This document shows, in pieces, positions 56,045 through 64,000 of a stretch of 64,000 nt of DNA (the first letter of the stretch is position 1; each line of letters starts with the position of its first letter). The notes under the pieces were generated by a model, which was not told where the DNA came from, made no database searches, and worked only from the letters and a program-made list of their open reading frames with translations. The DNA is from Octopus sinensis (lineage: Eukaryota), in assembly GCF_006345805.1 (NCBI RefSeq), contig NC_043005.1, positions 82,150,001 to 82,214,000 on the forward strand, written 5' to 3'. A program made the position numbers and the translations under genes.

Positions 56045-56388
56045 AGCGCTGCTTCTGATTGGTCAATCCATGGTGATGACCCGAGGTCACGGTGACAGCG
56101 CTACTTCTGATTGGTCAATCCATGGTGATGACCTGAGGTCACGGTGACGACACCACTTTTGTCATTCATAAGTTACAACTAAACGTAAAGAATTTAGTTA
56201 TTGGGTTAATAAAATATGGTCGTTTATTCGTGTGTAATAAATAAAATACCAAACTCATTCCCTATGGATACCGTATTTATTACAACTCGTGGCTTGTAAA
56301 CGTATCTAGCTCGCTTTCGCTCGTTAGATACGTTTACAAGCCACTCGTTGTAATAAATACGGTATCCATAGGGAACTCGTTTGGTATT
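56045..56388. mobile_element. Palindromic non-autonomous element (Crypton-like)
   Basis: 52-bp tandem unit x2 containing CTGATTGGTC (56045-56148), plus a 64-bp-arm hairpin (56245-56388) with loop GCTCGCTTTCGCTCGT. Confidence 0.55.
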
Positions 56389-59300
56389 CTCTCTCTATAT
56401 TTTAGAGCAATTTTAGTTTAGTTATATAATATTCTTATATAGTCGTCATTACACGTATTAAAATTCTTATCTAGAATGTAAATGTGTTATCAATTTAGAA
56501 TACTTTATGAATAGTCCCGGGAGTGGAATAAAAGACAATAGATTCAAAGCAATATTTTGTGTAAAATATTGTCATTGCTATGCAACCAAAATTTAGATTT
56601 CAGGGACGTCTGTACATACTGTGTTTTCTAAGAAATTATTTGACTGAAAATCCTGTTTATGTCTACGCCACAAGACGAAGGTTGTCTCCAGTGTAAATAA
56701 GGTATATGTCATTAAACAATGGCTAAAAGAAAAAAAAAACCGTGACTAACATTGGCATAAAATAGTTCTTTATAAGATATGATTGTGTATTCAAGCAAAA
56801 CCTTTAATCAGTGCTTAGACATAATTTATTTTTAACACGACATCATCATGTTACAAGCGTTAAAGAAGTAGCAGGCTGCTCTTAATTTTCTGGAAAACAT
56901 AAATTTGAGATGCCTTATTGTACAAATCATACAGTTAATGATATGATATTCGTGCATGACTTGAACTAATGACTGTTAAAAAATGTTGCCAGACATTACA
57001 CTGAAACATGTTCCCTTGACACATGATATCTATCATAACATTGGAATACAAATTATCTGTTACGTAATGACACTGAATACATTAATTTTAATTTTGTTAT
57101 TAACGTCTTTCATTGCATGATTATATTTTATATTTATAAAACTATTTATTTATTTCTATCATATATTTGTTCTATACATACTGTAACACATGAATAGAAT
57201 ATAGATGAGTTTAATATATTATTAATAAATATATTTAATGTTCTAGACGGATATAATTTCTTGAAAGCCAAAACGAAAATTAGATTAAACAAACATCTAT
57301 ATATTGAAAGTGGAGGCGAAGCAAGCAATTGGTTATTCCCGGAAGAAGCAAAACTGAAATATGTATATTTTTTTACTATCACCACAACATTGACATTAGC
57401 TGCAGAGACATAAATCTCTCACTTTTCTCACTCATCTCATTATAAAAACCCTATAGATTATAATCTATGACAGAAAGTTCTACAAAATATTATTTGAGAC
57501 AAATATATTAAACCAAGAGTAAATCAGGCTGTGACCTTGAAATTCGAACCCAGGTTAAAATACGAGTATGCAAAATTACTAACGAAGTCTTGGGAGATAA
57601 TTAATATATGCATATCAGCAATTAAATTTCAGATAATTATTGGTATACCATTTGCATAATTGCATATATTAATGTGATATTGCCAATAAATATCCTTAAA
57701 AAGATTTTCGCAGATTTAATTTTGTGAACGCAAGTATAAGTGGTTATTAATGCATATATCCTAATCATTGAATCACAATTTAAATTGCATATTATGTAGA
57801 TGTTACCGGAGATTCGCGAAATTGCAATTGTATGCATATGTTTCTCTTGAGAATAAGTAATTGAGTAGTTTTCCGATGCTATTCAACCGCTCATGCATTG
57901 ATATAGATAACACTCTCAGAAATTAAATGCATATTGAACATAATGATAATTGTGATAATTGAGGGAACACACGTATAATATGTTCGCCAGGTAAATTCAG
58001 ACGTATTCTGTTGATAATACGTTTCAAGATATTCCAAACAGGAAATCATATGTCCTAAAATATCTAACATATATCAGATATATTATGAGTAACAAGAAAT
58101 GAATTACAATTGTAAGTGGTTGAATGCTTCCATTCACTTACCCAAGTGTTCTGTCCAGTCACTCAATACCTGTATGCTGATGCTAATGAAAATATTTAAG
58201 GTAAAGTATACAGGCGGTTATATTTACTGTCGTTAATATTTGGTACTTAACTTATTGATTAAAGATGTATGAATTTCGAATGTAATAGCCGCAACAAGAT
58301 ACTGTTAGACAGTCCCTCCATGAGGTCATTGTTGCCATTTATCAACAGTAATTTAAAAACAAGTTACGTAAACGATAATTCATTTTAATCGCATATTTCG
58401 TTTCTGTTAGAAAGTGTTTTTTCTTACACACACACGTGCTTGATTGAGGTGGGGGTAAAACATTAGATTAGAATTAATTACTTTCTTTTAGTACTTGTAG
58501 TAAATGTTACATACCTAAGTAATAAGCAACTTTCTCCATTATAGTAAATACGAGAAGAAATGGGCCCTTGATAATATTCTCAGATTTGATTCCCAATTCT
58601 AATAATTTTTATATTTCACGTCTAATTGTTTCTTTGTATAATAATAGCTTGCTTAGCAAATATTACTTTCATTATTTTATCAGCCATAATCTCACTCTCT
58701 TTTAAACAAACATCACGGTAGTCCAACAACAGAGGAGATGCAATTTGTCACGTTTTACCTTCCCATCAAAGCGACATAGAGATTACAATTCAGCAGCACA
58801 TCTCTAAGCTTTGCGGTATGTGTGCGTGTGAGCGAGAGAGGGCGAAAGAGAACATTGCAAACAATGAATGAAATAAACATGAAATGAAAAATATCCTATA
58901 AATAAAAGTGCATTAATACATATGTACACACTCCCGAATTTGTTGCCTCATAACATCCAGAAAAATGAATATTTTTAACAAAATTTCCTACAAATACCGC
59001 TTATCGTTTCGAAGGCTCTGCAAGAAATCAAATCTCATATCATTTGACGTATGCTCATGGTCTTTGAGAGATTGTAACGCTCACCCTCTGCGTTAAAATT
59101 TTGAGTATTTCTTTGAAGGGTATACGAGACTACTCAAAACCAAATTCATTATGAACCATATTTGCTGCAAAATAAATTTTAACTGTACATAGACTGTCAT
59201 TCTTATCTGATTAGCATTTATATTTGCTTAAAAAAGTTATATATGAAGACAGAATTATACATCACATCTTTAATCTTTTCTGAAAGTTACAAGGTCATAA

Positions 59301-60412
59301 AAACCTATTTATTTGTATCTCTCGATAAAATACGTCAAGTAGTCACATTTACTTACAGCTCTTGTGTAAATTGAACAATATATGGACTGATTGAATTATG
59401 TAATATGTCAGCACTTTCACCCTATATTATTATGAGTGGTGCATTCATGTAAGAAACATTTGAGAATTGCCTCAGTTTTCCCATCAAGCATATACAATGC
59501 AATTATTTTGTTTGTTAAGCAAAGTCTTATCAAGTCATTGATAATAATACCAAAGGAATTCTGTGTTGAGAAAGTCTTTGGCTTTTAATTAAAATAGTTT
59601 CTTCTTTTATTTTATGTTAAGTTGCTTTTACTATGGAGACAATTGCTATGTTTTATAAGAAAGACTTCATTTAATGTCGCTTGCTAGATTCTTTATTGAA
59701 ACATTCCATTCGTGAATAGCAAATATAATGACCATAGTTATTTCGTTAGCAGTTTCAGAATATACGCAGTCGGTATTTACGTATATACTGCTTTGATATT
59801 TCTGTTAGAGTGAAGATGGTAATGAAAACGACGGGGATAGAAGAGATTACTTTTATTTCCTATGAAGAGGGAGTGTTTTAATTGATGCTTGGAGCATAAA
59901 ATGCTTTCTCACAAGCGAGAGATTTCAAGTTAAAATTGTGGTGCTGGAGCAATTACCCATGAAAGGAATATGGTATTAACGAGCAAACTTAAGCAATATA
60001 TCTTGAAATATTCTAATCCAACAACGGACAGCATGTGATTTCGTATTAATTGGAATATTTTACACATTAACGCTGCATGTTTGACGTAGATTTGCTGTTA
60101 TATTGCCTGAGGCGTTTTGTAAACGGCAAATTTAATAGACTCTTATATGATGGTGCATAAAGTAATGTAACATAAAACTAGATAACAATTATGTTTCAAG
60201 GATTTAAGATTGTTTACGGTCGTTTGTGTACATCTTTTCTGTTTAACGGTGATTGGCCAATAAGTAACGAATATTAAAGAATAATGGTTAGTAGTAAATT
60301 CTCATAAATTGTATTTTAAATGCTACTATTCGTATTAAGTTATGATAATCAGTATTTGTCTTTGAGAGTACAACGTACACAAAATGCAAGAAAATTGTAT
60401 TAATTCTGTTTC

Positions 60413-60508
60413 AAATTATATATATATATCTATATATCTATATGTATATATATGTATGTATATATGTATATCTATATGTATATATACATGTATATATGTA
60501 TATCTATA

Positions 60509-60558
<50 letters not shown>

Positions 60559-60584
60559 GTATATCTATATGTAATATGTATATC

Positions 60585-60623
<39 letters not shown>

Positions 60624-60847
60624 GATATCTATATATAATATATATATGTTATGTATATCTATATCTATATATATATGTATATATATATATAGGTATATAT
60701 ATATATATATGATATACGTATATATATATGTATAGAAATATATGTATATATATACATATATAATATATATGTATATATATATATATGTATATATATATAT
60801 GTATATATATGTATATATAATATATGCTATATATATGATATATATAT

Positions 60848-60892
<45 letters not shown>

Positions 60893-60978
60893 TATATAAG
60901 TATAATATATATATATATGTATATATATATATGTATATATATATATGTATATAATATGTATATCTATATATTATATAT

Positions 60979-61012
<34 letters not shown>

Positions 61013-61051
61013 GTATATGTATATATAAGTATATATATTATCTATATGTAT

Positions 61052-61082
<31 letters not shown>

Positions 61083-61092
61083 GTATATATAA

Positions 61093-61138
<46 letters not shown>

Positions 61139-61140
61139 CA

Positions 61141-61210
<70 letters not shown>

Positions 61211-61230
61211 TATATGTATGTATATTATAT
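60413..61230. repeat. Large degenerate (TA)n/(TATG) tract
   Basis: Directly visible. Confidence 0.97.
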
Positions 61231-61572
61231 GTCTATAAACCAAAAGGAATATTCTAACGGTCATTAATATGTTGTATATATATTAATATACATACACACA
61301 CTCAAAATTTGTTACATCATATGATAAAAATCTGCACAAAATGTCGCCCGAACCTGCGATATTGGCGAATGTGGGATAGAATAATATTTATATGTATATA
61401 AATTTATTGTTATGTCGATGAAACGCAATGAGATTAGGAAATTAGGACGGTCATTGACAGTGGTTATGATTATAGGTGGAAATCAGTTTAAGGATTTGGT
61501 GGTCGTGTTAGAAATGTTTACGGTATCTTTAGGCATGAATAGCCCAGTAGCATTCAAATATGCACCCTACTC

Positions 61573-61621
<49 letters not shown>

Positions 61622-61954
61622 ATATATACATGCATGTAAGGGTTCTTCTTCCGACAAGTATGGTAAGTAAAATGTATATTTGCTTGCATCATACCCAAAT
61701 AAAACCAAAACCAATTACAAAAGAGCAAACATTATGCAAATTTCGAAAATGTCACAAGGGAAATATATATTCGTTGTTTCTAATTTGGGAAATGAATGTT
61801 TACAAAATCCAATTTCGTTTTGCCAAACACAGGTGGATATGTCACAGATATTCCAAACACTTTTCAATTTTGTTTTAGCAGCCATGAATGTAAATTTTTC
61901 AATAGTTCACACAATGATATTAGTTAGATAACTAACTCAAAATATTTAAACCAA

Positions 61955-61972
61955 ATGTATTATATATATATA

Positions 61973-62004
<32 letters not shown>

Positions 62005-62014
62005 CTATAATATA

Positions 62015-62064
<50 letters not shown>

Positions 62065-62402
62065 GTATATATTATATATATATGTATATTATATATATGT
62101 ATATATATATATATGTAGCTATATAATATATATGTATATATATATATGTATATATGTATATATGTATAATATGTATATATGTATATATGTATGTATATTA
62201 TGATATATATATAGATATATGTATATATGTAATATATATATGTATATATGTATAATATATATCTGTATATATGTTATATATATATATGTATATATATATA
62301 GTATAATATATATATGTATATAATTGTAATATATATATGTATATATATATGTATATATGTATATATATATAATATATTATGTATATATATATGGTATATA
62401 TG

Positions 62403-62433
<31 letters not shown>

Positions 62434-62530
62434 GTATATATGTATAGTATATGTACATATATGTATATATGGATATATATATGTACATATATGTATATAT
62501 GTATATAATATATGTATATATGTATGTGTT
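61955..62530. repeat. Large degenerate (TA)n/(TATG) tract
   Basis: Directly visible. Confidence 0.97.
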
Positions 62531-63734
62531 TATTATGTATATTTATGTTTAATATCAAACTCGGTATGACAAGTAAAACAAAAATATAAAATTGATTGAT
62601 TGCTTCTGCACTTGGTACCGCTGGTGCTGCTAGCATTTATTTTGTTGTTTGTGTTGTTGTTATTGTTGATTATGAATGGTACATCTTTTGAGGGTTTTGT
62701 TGATTATGATGTTACTGTTGGTATTTATTCTAAAGAAGCACAATTATATTCGTGACGACCATGATAATGATAAAACTTGTTAGAAACTTCTGGAAGAATA
62801 TACAATAAATAAGAAATACATCTCAATGTACACAGATACACACGCACACACACAGGTACTCACACACGCATGCACACACACACACACGCAGACACACACA
62901 CGCACGCACAAACATATAAATATCAAAGAGATATATATTACAAATCCAGAATAAGTTCTATTGTAGATATATATTAAATTAAAAATATATTTATCTTTCA
63001 AAATATTCTTATGATCTGCAAAAGAGATTTATGAATAGTGAATATTGTATGGAGACGTGTAAATATGTAGTTGGTTTTAGTATGAAGCAAACATACAGAA
63101 CGATGTTTCATTCATAAATATTTTATCAAGAATACTCTTCTATGTGTATGAAAATATTTCTATCTTTATTTCGCTTTTCCATTTAGTGTATTATGTCTAG
63201 TGACTGAAATATTCGACATTTACACAGCCAGACCCATGAAATTATGTAAATATATAATGGTTATTTTATGTAAAGGAAGAAATAAACATACTTATAGTCA
63301 CATAAACTCGTCTACACACTCATTTATAATAATAATATATTTTGACATGAACAAAATAGCACAGTATTCAATACAATACTAAACCGAAATATGATACAAA
63401 CCGTCAATGATAACATATCGTTACTTTAAGTTCCATGACGAGCAAATCCTAGATAATCAGCTGATGAAAACCAGCAACCATATACTTGTGTATTGTCGAA
63501 ATATACTTGTCGCGTATTGCCGAAATGTAGAGACTCCAGGAATGCATCGTGACTGAAAACAACTTTAAGAAGCCTAGCCCATTAAATTGTAATATTGATG
63601 AGGTGGAGGTATGACACTTGGTTTTGTATATATATGCATATATATATATATACATGTGGGTCTGTGTTTGTATATATATATATGTAAATATATATCTATA
63701 TCAATATGTTTATATATATATACACCTATATGTA

Positions 63735-64000
63735 GGCGTGGTTGTGAAGTATTAACCTGTTTCTCTACCACATGGTACCATGTTCAATCTCACTGAGTGA
63801 AACATTGGGCAACTGTTTTCTACTATAGCCACGAGTTGTTCAATGCCTCGTGAGTGTGTTTGTTAGATGCAAAGTGAAAGAGGGAAGTCGTATTGATATT
63901 TATGTGTGTGTGTGTGTGTTTGTGTCTATGTTTGTGCCCCACGCTACCGGTTGATGACATTAGTAGGTTGTGTTGGTGTGTTTACGTCTTTATAACGTAG
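63735..64000 (+). mobile_element. SINE family B, truncated by window end
   Basis: CCACATGGTACCATGTTCAATCTCACTG, TTGGGCAACTGTTTTCTACTATAGCC, internal (TG)n, and GGTGTGTTTACGTC. Confidence 0.8.

Overview
Very AT-rich eukaryotic DNA, dense with microsatellites, that reads as intron or intergenic sequence. The tRNA-headed SINE families and (TA)n/(TATC)n load match what I recall of Octopus (coleoid cephalopod) genomes; that assignment is inference. No intact protein-coding gene can be supported. Almost all listed ORFs ([12 protein letters not shown] runs) are microsatellite translations. Supported content: more than 25 SINE copies from about four families, several nested and some with clear 13-16 bp target-site duplications; four decayed mariner transposase relics; one Tigger/pogo relic; a 28-bp-TIR MITE inserted in one mariner; a Helitron-like end; a Crypton-like palindromic element; and Penelope/retrozyme-like terminal repeats. 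Top observations: (1) a structurally complete minimal type I hammerhead ribozyme at 23562-23612; (2) a bulge-free 68-nt pre-miRNA-like hairpin on the minus strand at 25911-25978; (3) a ~565-bp fold-back palindrome at 52608-53172; (4) a ~220-bp non-SINE block duplicated 4.9 kb apart that keeps the same reading frame; (5) a few weak minus-strand exon candidates.
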